60,740 bases of DNA from Bacteroidia bacterium (GCA_026391215.1 JAPLDX010000133.1:1-60740), one strand, 5' to 3'; counted from the first letter of the stretch, positions 47,494 to 58,424 are shown. Numbers and translations: made by a program. Notes: generated by a model from the letters alone, not told the origin.

Positions 47494-49914
47494 TTATTCA
47501 TATTTGAGTGACTGGGCAGGATTTACCCTGGCTGCTCTCACAATGCGGTAGCTTATGGTAATAAGTGCAATTCCAAGTGCAATTACAAGACCCGAAAGAA
47601 AGCTGAATATCCCTGGATTTATTCGGAAATAGAAGTTTTCCAACCATTTGTTTATATAGATGTAGATAAGCGGCCATGCGATCAGGGCTGAAATTGAGAC
47701 AAGCATGATTATTTCTTTTGAAATTACGAAATATACTCTGGAAACAGATGATCCCATCGCCTTTCTGACTCCGATCTCCTTGGTTCGCTGTTCAACAGTA
47801 AAGGATGTCAGGCCAAACAGTCCGAGTGCAGCGATAAAGATCGCCAGGATAGAGAAAACAATTGCCAGCTGGGCATTCTGCTTTTCCTGGCTGTACATCT
47901 GTTCAAAGTCTTCATCAACAAAGTAATATTGCATCGGATCATTCGAAGTAAATTCCTTCCATCTGTTTTCAATCTCAGTTATGGTTTGCTGATAGTTTTG
48001 GGCAGAAAGTTTTACTGTTATATATCCCCAAAGGTTATCATTTCCCTTAAAAGCAAAAACATATGGCTGAATGGGATTGCGGAGAGATTCAAAATTGAAG
48101 TTCTTAACAATTCCAATTACCTGTATATATCTGAAAGTACCAGATTCATTGGGTACTATGAAACGTGTATTTTCAATGTCAGTTATTCCGAAATTCTTTA
48201 CGGCACTCTCGTTTATTATACATGCATCGGAGTCAGTTGTAAATGATTTGTCGAAATTACGGCCTTTTGTGAGAGTCATTCTATAAGTATCGATATAATC
48301 GTAGTCGATCCAGTTGGTTGTCATAAGAAAGGATTCTTCCTTCCTTCCTTCAATGCCATAGCCATTGGTGTTGTTATTACGGCCTGGGACAGCTGTGGAG
48401 CTGGCAATGTTTATTACTCCGGGGATCTCTTTTACTGCAACCTTGAATGCCTCAACTCTCGTGGAAAGAGCCTGAGCCCTGTTTATTACCAGCATCTGCT
48501 CCTTGTCGAAACCGACATCCTTATTCAGCATATAGAATATCTGCCGGTACATTACCAGTGTTCCTGTTATAAGAAGGATAGATACTGAAAACTGAAATAC
48601 AACAAGTATTCTTCTTAACATGCCAGTCTGCATGCTTCCTTTTACACTACCTTTCAGGACTTCTATTGGGTTGAATGACGAAAGGAACAGTGCAGGATAG
48701 CTTCCAGAAAGGAATCCGACTAGAAGCGTGAATAAAAGCAATGCAGGTACAGTGTACCATTGCGCAAAAAGCCGCAGCTCAAGATGTGTTCCAAGCAGGT
48801 TATTGAAATATGGCAGTGTGAGCCAAATGATTACAAGAGCAAGTATCAGTGAAATAAATGCCAGAATGAATGATTCAGAGAGAAATTGTGTAACCAGCAT
48901 TCCGCGTGTTGATCCTCCCACTTTCTTTATTCCGACCTCTTTAGCTCTTCTGGTTGCCTGGGCTGTGGCAAGGTTCATAAAATTGATTGCAGCGATCAGG
49001 ACGATGAGAATGGCGATACTCCCAAAAATATAAAGGTATTTTGGATCGATGGCATCTTTGAACTGCTGCTGGATTGAGGAATCAAGGTGAATATCAGTAA
49101 GCTTCTGAAGAAGGAACATATACTTGTTTCCCTGTGCGGCAAAATCCTCGAGTGTGATCCCCATAAACTGCTTGACCTCGGGTCCTACATATTTCTCAAG
49201 CATGGCAGGAATTTTCTCACTCACGGTAAGGTCACTGGAATTGGGTTTTAGCAGCAGGTAAGTACTGAAGCTGTTACTAAGCCAGATAGGATTGTTTGAT
49301 CTGGGATTGGTCATGAATGAGACAATAATATTTGCATCGAAATGAGATTTTTCCGGGATATCGGCCATGATGCCGGAGATAATATATCGTGCTGTATCGT
49401 CTCCGAGTTTAAGTGCTTTATCAATAGGATTTTCATCACCAAAGATCTTTTTTGCAGTTGATTCTGAAAGAACTGCTCTCCTGGGCGCATTAAGCAAATT
49501 ATCTGGATCACCCTTTATTAACGGTATTGAAAAGAAATTAAAGAATGAAGAGTCTGCTTCGATAAGATTTTCCTCTGTAAATGTCTGGTCATTGTATTCG
49601 ACGATTGTTGGTCCCCACCCATTCATCCTGAGGAAATCCTCAACTTCCGGATATTCTCTTGTCATTGTAGGTCCTATGGGAGCGCAGGTATATGCGCCGA
49701 CAAATTCCTGCCCTCCTACCTTCCCGTTTAGCACAAGCCTGTATATCCTGTCTTTCTTCACATTGAACCTGTCATAGGCGGCTTCATTGATCACATAAAG
49801 TGCAATAAGCAGACTGCATGCAATGCCTATTGAAAGGCCAAGGATATTGATAATGATGTATGACCGCTGTCTCTTGAAAGACCGGATGCTGTACCTGAAT
49901 AAATTGCTGAACAT
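47494..49914 (-). CDS. MacB/FtsX-type ABC permease
   Basis: INILGLSIGIA, RAKEVGIKK, RTKEIGVRK, NPAQSLKYE. Confidence 0.92.
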   Translation of the reverse strand: MFSNLFRYSIRSFKRQRSYIIINILGLSIGIACSLLIALYVINEAAYDRFNVKKDRIYRLVLNGKVGGQEFVGAYTCAPIGPTMTREYPEVEDFLRMNGWGPTIVEYNDQTFTEENLIEADSSFFNFFSIPLIKGDPDNLLNAPRRAVLSESTAKKIFGDENPIDKALKLGDDTARYIISGIMADIPEKSHFDANIIVSFMTNPRSNNPIWLSNSFSTYLLLKPNSSDLTVSEKIPAMLEKYVGPEVKQFMGITLEDFAAQGNKYMFLLQKLTDIHLDSSIQQQFKDAIDPKYLYIFGSIAILIVLIAAINFMNLATAQATRRAKEVGIKKVGGSTRGMLVTQFLSESFILAFISLILALVIIWLTLPYFNNLLGTHLELRLFAQWYTVPALLLFTLLVGFLSGSYPALFLSSFNPIEVLKGSVKGSMQTGMLRRILVVFQFSVSILLITGTLVMYRQIFYMLNKDVGFDKEQMLVINRAQALSTRVEAFKVAVKEIPGVINIASSTAVPGRNNNTNGYGIEGRKEESFLMTTNWIDYDYIDTYRMTLTKGRNFDKSFTTDSDACIINESAVKNFGITDIENTRFIVPNESGTFRYIQVIGIVKNFNFESLRNPIQPYVFAFKGNDNLWGYITVKLSAQNYQQTITEIENRWKEFTSNDPMQYYFVDEDFEQMYSQEKQNAQLAIVFSILAIFIAALGLFGLTSFTVEQRTKEIGVRKAMGSSVSRVYFVISKEIIMLVSISALIAWPLIYIYINKWLENFYFRINPGIFSFLSGLVIALGIALITISYRIVRAARVNPAQSLKYE

Positions 49915-49957
49915 GATTTTATTATGGTTATATTATTATTTGTCAAATTTATACTAT

Positions 49958-52330
49958 TTATTCAACTTTCAAGGCTTCTGCAGGGTTGATCCACGATGCT
50001 TTAAACGCCTGAAAGCTAACGGTTATCAACGAAATCAGCAAAGCTCCTGCAGCTATAAGGGCAAAGACAGTTATACTTAAATCAATCCTGCTTGCGAACT
50101 GCATAAGAAGGTTTTGAACGATTATCCAGCCAGTAGGCAGAGCAATGAGCAATGAAATAAAAATGAGCACCATAAATTCTTTTACCATTGAATAAAGAAT
50201 GTTCCCTGTGCCAGCTCCCATTACTTTCCTGATCCCGATCTCATTGGTTCTCTTTTCTGTTGAATATGCAGATAATCCGTACAATCCAAGGCATGCTATT
50301 ATAACGGCAAGTATTGTGAAGTACTTCAATAACTTTGTAAGACGAAGCTGTGTGCGGAAGAGATTATTATAATCCTCATCGATAAAAGAATAGTCGAAAG
50401 GATATTCAGGAAGTACTTTAATCCAGACATTTTCAGCTGTTTTCAGGGCTTCAGGAATATTCCCGGCGACAAGCCTGATAAGGATAAAGTTCAGATATTC
50501 AGGACCAGTCAGAGCGAAAGCGATAGGCTCTATAGGCTGATCAGCTCCCTTAAAGTGAAAATTCTTCAATACTCCCACTATTCTTCCATTGATACCCATA
50601 AAGCTGAAACTCTTTCCGACCGGATCATCAACTCCCATGATCTTTACCACCTCTTCATTAACAAGAAAATTACCTGTTGTATCTTTAGCAAAATCAGAAG
50701 GGTAATCTCTTGAGAAATCCCTGCCCGATTTAAGTTCCATCTTCATTGTTTCAAGATAATCGTAATCAACGGCATTGGTCCCTATAAGCACACGTTTTTC
50801 AGGATCCCTGCCTTCCCAGTCTGCTCCACCGGAATTGCTCCCGATTCTTACCGGATTGCTTCTTGCTGCCGTGACTCCCTGGATAAGGGTCTCTTTCCGA
50901 AGCTCATCTTTCAGAGAGTAATATTTGGGCAGCATATCTCCCAGCATTGGAATGCATATAAGATTTTCCTTGTCAAATCCCAGATCCGTATCCTGAAGGT
51001 GCTTTAACTGCATATAAATGAATACTGCAGTCACAGCAATCAATATAGAAAGTGTAAACTGAATGATAACAAGAATTTGTCTTAACCTTCCATTGCCTTT
51101 GCCGGAAACTGTTTCTCCCTTCAGAACAGCCACAGGTTTAAATGATGAGAGGTAAAAGGCCGGATATATACCTGATATAACTCCGGCAGCAAACCCTACA
51201 ATGATCACGCTGATTATGAACCTGAACTGGAAAAGATCGTGGAGGATGAATTTCTTCCCTGTAATATTATTGAACAATGGAAGTGCCACTCCTACCAGGA
51301 TCAGAGCAAACAGCATGGCTACAGCTACCAGGAACAGTGACTCAACCATAAACTGGATAATTAAAGTTTTCTGGTCCGCACCGGTGACTTTCTTGATACC
51401 TATTTCTTTTGAGCGGCCTGAAGCTTTGGCTGTTGTAAGGTTTATGAAATTAAAACAAGCTATCAGCAGAACAAAAACAGCAATCAGGGTGAATATATAT
51501 ACAATAATTACAGGGCCTTTGCTTATTTCAAAACCAAACTGACCATGAAGATGAATGTCCCGGAGCGGGAATAAAAGATATTTTGTCTGTGTTTGCGGCA
51601 GATTTTCCAGTACAACATCAGTCAGCTTCTTATTAACAGCTTCAATATCAGAACCTTTTTCAAGCAAAACGAATGTAAAAATTGAATTATTGCCCCAGCC
51701 ATTATCTACTGCATTGATCTCATACAAAAAAGAATAAGGGATCATTCCTTCAAAAGTAAAAATCGAATTCCGGGGAAGATCCTTCATAACACCTGTTACC
51801 ATGAACTGGAGTTTGTTCTCAATTGTTATGGTCTTTCCCATAGGGTTCGTATCTCCAAAATACTTTGAGGCCAGCTTCTCCGTAAGTACAATTGAGTGTG
51901 GTGAATTCAGCGCAGTCTCAGGATCGCCCAGGATAAATGGCATAGTGAATACTTTGAACAATCCTGAATCAACCGCAACAATTGCTGATTCAAAGAATAC
52001 TTTATCTTCCTGCCGGAACAATATCCGTGGAAGCCTGTTTAAACGCGTCTGCTCCCTGATTTCTGGTATCTTTTCTTTCCAGACCGGTCCGCATGGATGG
52101 GGAGTTACAGTCACATGGTATCTGTCACCTGAATAAAACTGGTCCTCCTCGACCCTGTATATATTTTCAGCATTCAGGTTGTACTTTTCATAGCTAAATT
52201 CATCCTGAACCCATAAAAGAATCAGTAATGATGCAGCAAGCCCGATTGCCAGACCAGTTATATTTATGAAAGCAAAACCTTTGTATTTCAGTATGTTCCG
52301 GAAGGTCAGGTGTAGAAAACTCTTTAACAT
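49958..52330 (-). CDS. MacB/FtsX-type ABC permease
   Basis: INITGLAIGLA, RSKEIGIKK, RTNEIGIRK, NPAEALKVE. Confidence 0.92.
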   Translation of the reverse strand: MLKSFLHLTFRNILKYKGFAFINITGLAIGLAASLLILLWVQDEFSYEKYNLNAENIYRVEEDQFYSGDRYHVTVTPHPCGPVWKEKIPEIREQTRLNRLPRILFRQEDKVFFESAIVAVDSGLFKVFTMPFILGDPETALNSPHSIVLTEKLASKYFGDTNPMGKTITIENKLQFMVTGVMKDLPRNSIFTFEGMIPYSFLYEINAVDNGWGNNSIFTFVLLEKGSDIEAVNKKLTDVVLENLPQTQTKYLLFPLRDIHLHGQFGFEISKGPVIIVYIFTLIAVFVLLIACFNFINLTTAKASGRSKEIGIKKVTGADQKTLIIQFMVESLFLVAVAMLFALILVGVALPLFNNITGKKFILHDLFQFRFIISVIIVGFAAGVISGIYPAFYLSSFKPVAVLKGETVSGKGNGRLRQILVIIQFTLSILIAVTAVFIYMQLKHLQDTDLGFDKENLICIPMLGDMLPKYYSLKDELRKETLIQGVTAARSNPVRIGSNSGGADWEGRDPEKRVLIGTNAVDYDYLETMKMELKSGRDFSRDYPSDFAKDTTGNFLVNEEVVKIMGVDDPVGKSFSFMGINGRIVGVLKNFHFKGADQPIEPIAFALTGPEYLNFILIRLVAGNIPEALKTAENVWIKVLPEYPFDYSFIDEDYNNLFRTQLRLTKLLKYFTILAVIIACLGLYGLSAYSTEKRTNEIGIRKVMGAGTGNILYSMVKEFMVLIFISLLIALPTGWIIVQNLLMQFASRIDLSITVFALIAAGALLISLITVSFQAFKASWINPAEALKVE

Positions 52331-52351
52331 GATCTGTTAGTTGGTATCTGC

Positions 52352-52382
52352 ATAAAGACGAATTATTATCTCTTTTGTTGCA
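52352..52382 (-). promoter_or_regulatory. ECF-type promoter TGCAAC-N16-CGTCTTTAT
   Basis: Upstream of the three-permease run; same motif as at 44652. Confidence 0.6.
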
Positions 52383-52560
52383 TAAGAAAAGAATAACGTT
52401 TCTAATACTGGTTGCTTGCTGCTGGTAAATTGTTGATTGAGCAAGGTTGTTTGTAGTTTATTGCAGGTTGCCTGTTAATGTTAGGTTAATCTTTGCCTGA
52501 AAGAATGTTCATCGAAAAATATATTATATATTTATTTTTTTAACTAACCTATCGAATATT

Positions 52561-54933
52561 ATGTTTAAAAATCTGCTTAAAACAGCTGTTCGCCATATCC
52601 GGAAACATTTTGGCTATAGTCTGTTAAACATTTTAGGTCTGACGCTGGGGATCTCCAGTGCCCTGTTCCTTATAATATATGTGTCGGATGAGTTAAGTTA
52701 TGACCGGTATCATGAAAATGCGGACCGAATTTACCGGGTATCCTCAAAAATTACTGAAACTGATGACCAGTTCACCTGGAATGTTGCCCAGATACCAATG
52801 GGGCCGCAGGTAGTTCAGGATTATCCGGAAGTGCAGTCTTTTGTACGTTTTTTAAACATGCCGCGTGAACTATACAAATATGAGGATAAAGAATACATTG
52901 AAGAAAATTTCTACTACGCTGATTCTACCCTGTTCGACATGTTTACCTATAAAGTTCTTAAAGGGGAAGTTCGGTCGGCAGTAAAAGATCCGGGTAAAAT
53001 AGTGCTTACTGAAACAGTGGCTGGCAGGTATTTTGGCGATAAGGATCCTGTTGGCAAAACATTAACTACTGGTGATAATACATATGAAGTTACAGGTATT
53101 ATAGAGGATGTCCCTTCCAATTCTCATTTCCGCTTTGATGCAGTCTCGGCGAGGAACAATCTGCCGAAGCAGATTGGAAGCTGGGGGAATTTCGGCGTTT
53201 TTACCTATCTCCTGTTCCCCGCCGGCATGGATGTGGGGGCATTTGAAACCAAGATCCAGGGCATGTACGATGCCCATATGAAGACAATATTTGAACCTCT
53301 AAAAATAACCATTGAATATATTCTTGAGCCGATCACAAAAATTCACCTGTATTCAACAAATGCAGGGGAACCGGAGCCCACAGGCAGCATTACATATGTG
53401 ATTATTTTTGGAATTGTTGCGCTTTTCCTTATCCTGATAGCGGCAATCAATTATATGAACCTTGCTACAGCCCGTTCAGCAAGCCGTGCCAGGGAAGTGG
53501 GCTTGCGTAAAGTTGTAGGTTCCCGCAGGGGACCGCTTATTGCCCAGTTCTTGTCAGAGTCAGTTATTCTGACAATTATATCACTTATAATCAGTATAAT
53601 ACTCCTAATAATACTTCTTCCAAAATTCAATCTTTTTGCCGGAAAATCATTCGATCTTTCCATACTTTACAGTCCGGTGGTAATAATATTAGTTGTTGGA
53701 GTTGTACTTGTTGCCGGTATATTCGGAGGCAGCTATCCTGCTTTCTTCCTTTCCAGATTCATTCCTGTAACAGTTCTGAAAGGTGAAATCACGCAGGGTT
53801 CTGCAGGCAGTTTGTTCCGCAAGATACTGGTCGTTATCCAGTTTACAATATCGGTTGCAATGATTGTATGTACCCTGGTGGTTTTCAGACAGCTGAAATA
53901 TCTTAAGAATACGGATCAGGGATTTAACCAGGAGAACGTTCTTACGCTTCAGCTTGACCAGGGAATGATCAGAAAATATCGCGTACTCAAACGTACGCTT
54001 ATGGAAAACAATGATATAAAGTATGTTACATCAACAAATACACCGGTTGGAGAAGGCTCAGGCAAAGTAATATTCAATATGGAAACTGACCAGGGAATGG
54101 CTCAGAGAGGAATCAATTTTGCAGTTGTGGATCATGATTTTGTCGATGCGCTTGGTATTAATATAATTAAAGGGCGTGATTTCCAGCAGGATATGCCTTC
54201 GGATACTCTTACAGGCGTTGTAGTGAATGAGACTCTAGCAAACAGAATGGGATGGAGCGATGCGATTGGAAAGAAGGTAGAGCTGGGAAACGGAGCCTTC
54301 ATTAATGCACGGGTCATCGGGGTGATGAAAGATTATCATCAGACAGGCATGTACAATGAGATTGAGTCACTTATGCTTGTCTGGCGCGATAGCTTTACTA
54401 ACATAATATATATTAAGCTAAGCGGAAATAATACTGAGCAAACCATAAGCTTTATAGAAAACAAATGGAAAGAGGTTTTTCCTGATCAGCCTTTTACATA
54501 TACTTACCTTTCAGAGAGATTCAACAGGCAGTTTGAAGCAGATGAAAAGAGAGGCTTTATATTTACTCTGTTTACAATTCTGGCCATTCTGATCGCATGT
54601 CTCGGATTATTTGGACTAGCATCGTATATGGTTGAACAGAGGACTAAGGAAATAGGGATCCGGAAAGTATTCGGCGCTGACGAAAGTGTCATTGTATGGT
54701 TAATATCAAAGGAATTCTTTATACTGGTAGCTATTTCAATAGTAATAGCTCTTCCTGCAGCATATTTTATTATGAGCAACTGGCTGCAGAATTATGTATA
54801 CAAGACAAGCATAAGTGCAATGGTTCTAATTTTTGCAGCACTTCTGACATTTGTACTTACATTTATAACTATCAGTTACAAAGCATACCAGGCATCAATA
54901 CTAAATCCGGCTAATTCTATAAAAACAGAATAA
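52561..54933 (+). CDS. MacB/FtsX-type ABC permease
   Basis: LNILGLTLG, RAREVGLRK, RTKEIGIRK, NPANSIKTE. Confidence 0.92.
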   Translation: MFKNLLKTAVRHIRKHFGYSLLNILGLTLGISSALFLIIYVSDELSYDRYHENADRIYRVSSKITETDDQFTWNVAQIPMGPQVVQDYPEVQSFVRFLNMPRELYKYEDKEYIEENFYYADSTLFDMFTYKVLKGEVRSAVKDPGKIVLTETVAGRYFGDKDPVGKTLTTGDNTYEVTGIIEDVPSNSHFRFDAVSARNNLPKQIGSWGNFGVFTYLLFPAGMDVGAFETKIQGMYDAHMKTIFEPLKITIEYILEPITKIHLYSTNAGEPEPTGSITYVIIFGIVALFLILIAAINYMNLATARSASRAREVGLRKVVGSRRGPLIAQFLSESVILTIISLIISIILLIILLPKFNLFAGKSFDLSILYSPVVIILVVGVVLVAGIFGGSYPAFFLSRFIPVTVLKGEITQGSAGSLFRKILVVIQFTISVAMIVCTLVVFRQLKYLKNTDQGFNQENVLTLQLDQGMIRKYRVLKRTLMENNDIKYVTSTNTPVGEGSGKVIFNMETDQGMAQRGINFAVVDHDFVDALGINIIKGRDFQQDMPSDTLTGVVVNETLANRMGWSDAIGKKVELGNGAFINARVIGVMKDYHQTGMYNEIESLMLVWRDSFTNIIYIKLSGNNTEQTISFIENKWKEVFPDQPFTYTYLSERFNRQFEADEKRGFIFTLFTILAILIACLGLFGLASYMVEQRTKEIGIRKVFGADESVIVWLISKEFFILVAISIVIALPAAYFIMSNWLQNYVYKTSISAMVLIFAALLTFVLTFITISYKAYQASILNPANSIKTE

Positions 54934-54947
54934 AAGGAATAGAATTA

Positions 54948-55010
54948 ACCACGAAGTTGCACAGAGTACAACGGAGTAACACTGTTTTTTACTCTGTGGA
55001 ACTCTGTGGT
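54948..55010. repeat. Imperfect inverted repeat of the CACAGAG/CTCTGTG type between convergent genes
   Basis: ACCACGAAGTTGCACAGAGTA ... TACTCTGTGGAACTCTGTGGT. Confidence 0.55.
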
Positions 55011-55033
55011 AAAAAAATGTGACTTTAACTTTA

Positions 55034-57094
55034 TTATTCTTCAATAATAGCTACATCCCACGGTTTCAGACTGATGAAGTCACCCCTCTTTACTGAAGCA
55101 TTTGTGAAGAGGTTTGTTCCTTTCTGGTAGTTATATGCAACAGATTTGTCCTGACCTGAATAATTCAGATAGTATCTTATGGTCTTCCCCTGATCGTTGA
55201 TTCCTTGCCTGATGACAATAGGATAACTTTCATTATCCTCTTTGCTTATCAGACCTAATTCTTTTGCTTTAGTTGCTACAATTGATGACTGGATCTCATC
55301 AGAAACCAGGCTGCCTTCATAGATCAGGCTACCCTTACCATACCTGTTTTCCGTAACTGCAGGATATTTGCCGAAAAATGGATCATCATAAAATGCCAGC
55401 GGCTTTGCAGTTTCAGGAATGATAAATTCAATCCACGTCAGTGAGATATTCTTTTCCTGCCCTACTTTAAAAGGATCATCCTTAATCGGAACTGATGAGG
55501 TACTTGAAAATTCCTGGTAATAAAAGCCGCATGCTTCACGAAGAGGGCCGGGAGCTTTAATATGGCGGACAACTGAATTTTCATCACAGAACCCGCTCTT
55601 TACCGACATTATAACGTGACCGCCGTTTTTGACAAAATCCGATATCTTCATAAGCAGCTCATCACTCGCTACATACAGAGGTGGAACGAATAAAAGATCA
55701 TATCCGGTGAAATCGGCATTTTCAGCCAGCACAAAATCGACTCCGATATTGTTCCTGTATGCAGCCCGGTGCATCTGCCGTACTACTTCCATGTAAACAT
55801 TCCCATCCTTAATAGGCATATAGCTTATCCCAAAATCAGATGCCCGGCTGTAGAGTATTGCAGCCCTGTTTTTTATCTCAAGATTTACGAGCTTTGGTCC
55901 TATCTTTTGCAGTTCGTGGGCAACCTGGCTTACCTCGTAATAGAACCTGTTTGGTTCAAGGTCGTGTCCCAGTACACCTTTCCAGTAAGTCTCCTGTCCG
56001 TAATGCAGTGAATGCCAGTGCCAGTATTCCACCATATTGGCACCTCCTGCCAGGTGTGAATAAACAAACAGGCGTCCCTGACCATCAAATGGAGGGGTTT
56101 GTCCCCGTGCATCCCACCCTATTGTCTGTGCATTTGTCTCAGTAACGAGATGGTTATTTTTCTTCAGGCTCCTGTAAAAGTCATCAGCCCACATAACATC
56201 CTCTCCCCTGACATCATTCTGGCTGCCGTGGTAAACATTGAGTGATGGCATATCCATTTTCCTTGATGCAGCAAGCTGATCGAGAGTTGTAAGCGAGGGC
56301 ATGAAGCAATGGGTTATAAACTGATCCGGCCTTTTGTATTCGCTTACAATTTCTGCCTGCCAGGTAAGGTAATCCGCAACCACCTTCTGCCCATACATAT
56401 CCCATTCGAGCTTATAGGAAGGATTAGTAGCATTTTGCCTAGGAGGGAATTCATCCCAGTCATTAAGGGTCATACCCCAGTAATTAAGTCCCCAAAGTGT
56501 GTTAAGAGTATCTGTAGTTTTGTATTTCTTTTTGAGGTAGTCAATAAATCCCCTGGAATAATCATAATTGGCAGCACCGTATGTGCCCGTTTCATTATCA
56601 ACCTGGTACCCGATAATTGCTGGATGTTTGGCATAATGTTCCATCATCTTCCTGATTATTCTTTCGGAGTAGAAAAGGTAGACGGGGCTTGTAATATCAA
56701 AATTCTGCCGGATGCCGTAGCTGCTTTTTGAACCGTTAAGCCTCTCCACGAATATTTCCGGGTGTTTAAGGGCCATCCACGCGGGGATTGAGTATGTTGG
56801 TGTTCCAAGTATAACTTTTATCCCTGCTTTATGAAGCTGATCGATGATTCTATCCATCCATGCAAATTCAAAACGTCCTTCCTCAGGTTCGAAAAGGCTC
56901 CATGTTGATTCTCCAAGACGAACCACGCTTATGCCTGCCTCCTGCATAAGCTGTATATCTTTGTCAAGCCTTTCATACGGCATATACTCATGGTAATATG
57001 CAACACCGTAAAGAACTGTATTGAACTTTGGAGCCTGAGCTGCCACATTGATGGCAACGAAAAACATAAGGGAAAATACCAGGTATCGTTTCAT
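55034..57094 (-). CDS. GH42 beta-galactosidase with signal peptide
   Basis: YGVAYYHEY, VRLGESTWS..EP, YQVDNE (acid/base), VTETNAQ (nucleophile), trimerisation domain. Confidence 0.88.
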   Translation of the reverse strand: MKRYLVFSLMFFVAINVAAQAPKFNTVLYGVAYYHEYMPYERLDKDIQLMQEAGISVVRLGESTWSLFEPEEGRFEFAWMDRIIDQLHKAGIKVILGTPTYSIPAWMALKHPEIFVERLNGSKSSYGIRQNFDITSPVYLFYSERIIRKMMEHYAKHPAIIGYQVDNETGTYGAANYDYSRGFIDYLKKKYKTTDTLNTLWGLNYWGMTLNDWDEFPPRQNATNPSYKLEWDMYGQKVVADYLTWQAEIVSEYKRPDQFITHCFMPSLTTLDQLAASRKMDMPSLNVYHGSQNDVRGEDVMWADDFYRSLKKNNHLVTETNAQTIGWDARGQTPPFDGQGRLFVYSHLAGGANMVEYWHWHSLHYGQETYWKGVLGHDLEPNRFYYEVSQVAHELQKIGPKLVNLEIKNRAAILYSRASDFGISYMPIKDGNVYMEVVRQMHRAAYRNNIGVDFVLAENADFTGYDLLFVPPLYVASDELLMKISDFVKNGGHVIMSVKSGFCDENSVVRHIKAPGPLREACGFYYQEFSSTSSVPIKDDPFKVGQEKNISLTWIEFIIPETAKPLAFYDDPFFGKYPAVTENRYGKGSLIYEGSLVSDEIQSSIVATKAKELGLISKEDNESYPIVIRQGINDQGKTIRYYLNYSGQDKSVAYNYQKGTNLFTNASVKRGDFISLKPWDVAIIEE

Positions 57095-57239
57095 AAGCTG
57101 AGAGTTTTATCAGAACCCAAATTAAGATTTTTTTGTTCACTTATTCCGTAGACTGTACAGAAATATTTTAATTTATTGAAAATAAATGAAATATATCAAA
57201 TAAAAACCGTATCTTGCGCCAAATTAATTAAATCAAATT

Positions 57240-57431
57240 ATGAGTAAAGGAACAGTAAAATTCTTTAATGTATCTAAAGGATTTGGATTCATTAAAGAGG
57301 ATGATTCATCAAAAGAGTACTTTGTACACTCCTCAGGATTAAAGGATAACATTGCAGAAAATGATGTAGTGACCTTCGATCTTGAACAGGGAAAAAAAGG
57401 ATTAAATGCAGTAAATGTTAAACTTGCTTAG
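57240..57431 (+). CDS. Cold-shock protein
   Basis: GTVKFFNVSKGFGFI..YFVHSSG..GLNAVNV. Confidence 0.95.
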   Translation: MSKGTVKFFNVSKGFGFIKEDDSSKEYFVHSSGLKDNIAENDVVTFDLEQGKKGLNAVNVKLA

Positions 57432-57460
57432 TTTATCTACATAAACATTTAAAATTTTTG

Positions 57461-57487
57461 GTCCCGCCAAAAGCGGGACTTTTTTTT
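57461..57487 (+). terminator. Rho-independent terminator
   Basis: GTCCCGC-CAAAA-GCGGGAC followed by T8. Confidence 0.85.
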
Positions 57488-57536
57488 GAAGTCAGAAATG
57501 AGAGAACACAGGATCTGAACAATAATTAAAACTGAA

Positions 57537-57710
57537 ATGAAGAATAACAATATATACGATAAAAAGCAGGCAGCTATTAAATCTCCGGATCTTAATAAGT
57601 TACAGGAAGTTGTGATTGATCACAGAACAAGAATTTATATAGCCAAGGATGCAGATCCTGATGATGCAAAAAACCGTTATCTGTTGCGCAGAACCCCTGT
57701 AAAATCCTGA
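57537..57710 (+). CDS. Small hypothetical protein (57 aa), missed by the ORF track
   Basis: MKNNNIYDKKQAAIKSPDLNKLQEVVIDHRTRIYIAKDADPDDAKNRYLLRRTPVKS; protein-like composition filling the gap. Confidence 0.55.
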   Translation: MKNNNIYDKKQAAIKSPDLNKLQEVVIDHRTRIYIAKDADPDDAKNRYLLRRTPVKS

Positions 57711-57719
57711 GTATTTATA

Positions 57720-58424
57720 TCAGTGTTTTTTCCCCATTGGGCAGACAGAGACACATAATCCGCATATCCTGGCATCGACATTGAGTCTTTGCCTGGCAAG
57801 CTCGTTACATTTCTCCCTGCACTTATGAGGATCAAAAAAGTCATTTCTGCGAATATCTACATTCCACAGCTTGCCAGTTGCCGCACTTGCAGGACATTTT
57901 ACCACACAGACATTACATTTTCCGCATTTGCTTTCCTCAACCGGAACGGAATCGATTCCCGGATCCTGATTCAGCAGCATGCTGACTAGCCTTAACCGGG
58001 GACCAAACACATTTGATATTAAAAGATCAGATTTACCTATCCATCCCAGTCCTGCCCTTGTAGCGACCATTTTATGGGAAATATCGACGGTGAGTGTTCT
58101 GAGATATTCGTCGTTGTATTCTTCTGTACCACGTGTAACTGTTGGTTTGAGTGCTATTGACTCCACTCCTGCCCTTTTTAAATCAGCCTGTATCTTCCCG
58201 ATCAGGATTGCCAGCTCCTTATTGATCTGATGGTAATGGTCATAGTATTCCATTGTCGGGCCGTCCTTTATACCATCTATAATTTTGTCATCCAGCCTTT
58301 TACCTATGGAAATGCCATAATAAAATCCGTTGAATTTCTTATCTATCAGTCCATGCAGATCAGCAAATCCAAAGATGAAATCTTCAGCAGGGATGAGATT
58401 GTTCTTTATGATATCCTTAATCAT
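57720..58424 (-). CDS. QueG/epoxyqueuosine reductase-like 4Fe-4S protein
   Basis: SHKMVATRAGLGWIGKS..FGPRLRL, CGKCNVCVVKCP, CGLCVSVCP. Confidence 0.85.
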   Translation of the reverse strand: MIKDIIKNNLIPAEDFIFGFADLHGLIDKKFNGFYYGISIGKRLDDKIIDGIKDGPTMEYYDHYHQINKELAILIGKIQADLKRAGVESIALKPTVTRGTEEYNDEYLRTLTVDISHKMVATRAGLGWIGKSDLLISNVFGPRLRLVSMLLNQDPGIDSVPVEESKCGKCNVCVVKCPASAATGKLWNVDIRRNDFFDPHKCREKCNELARQRLNVDARICGLCVSVCPMGKKH

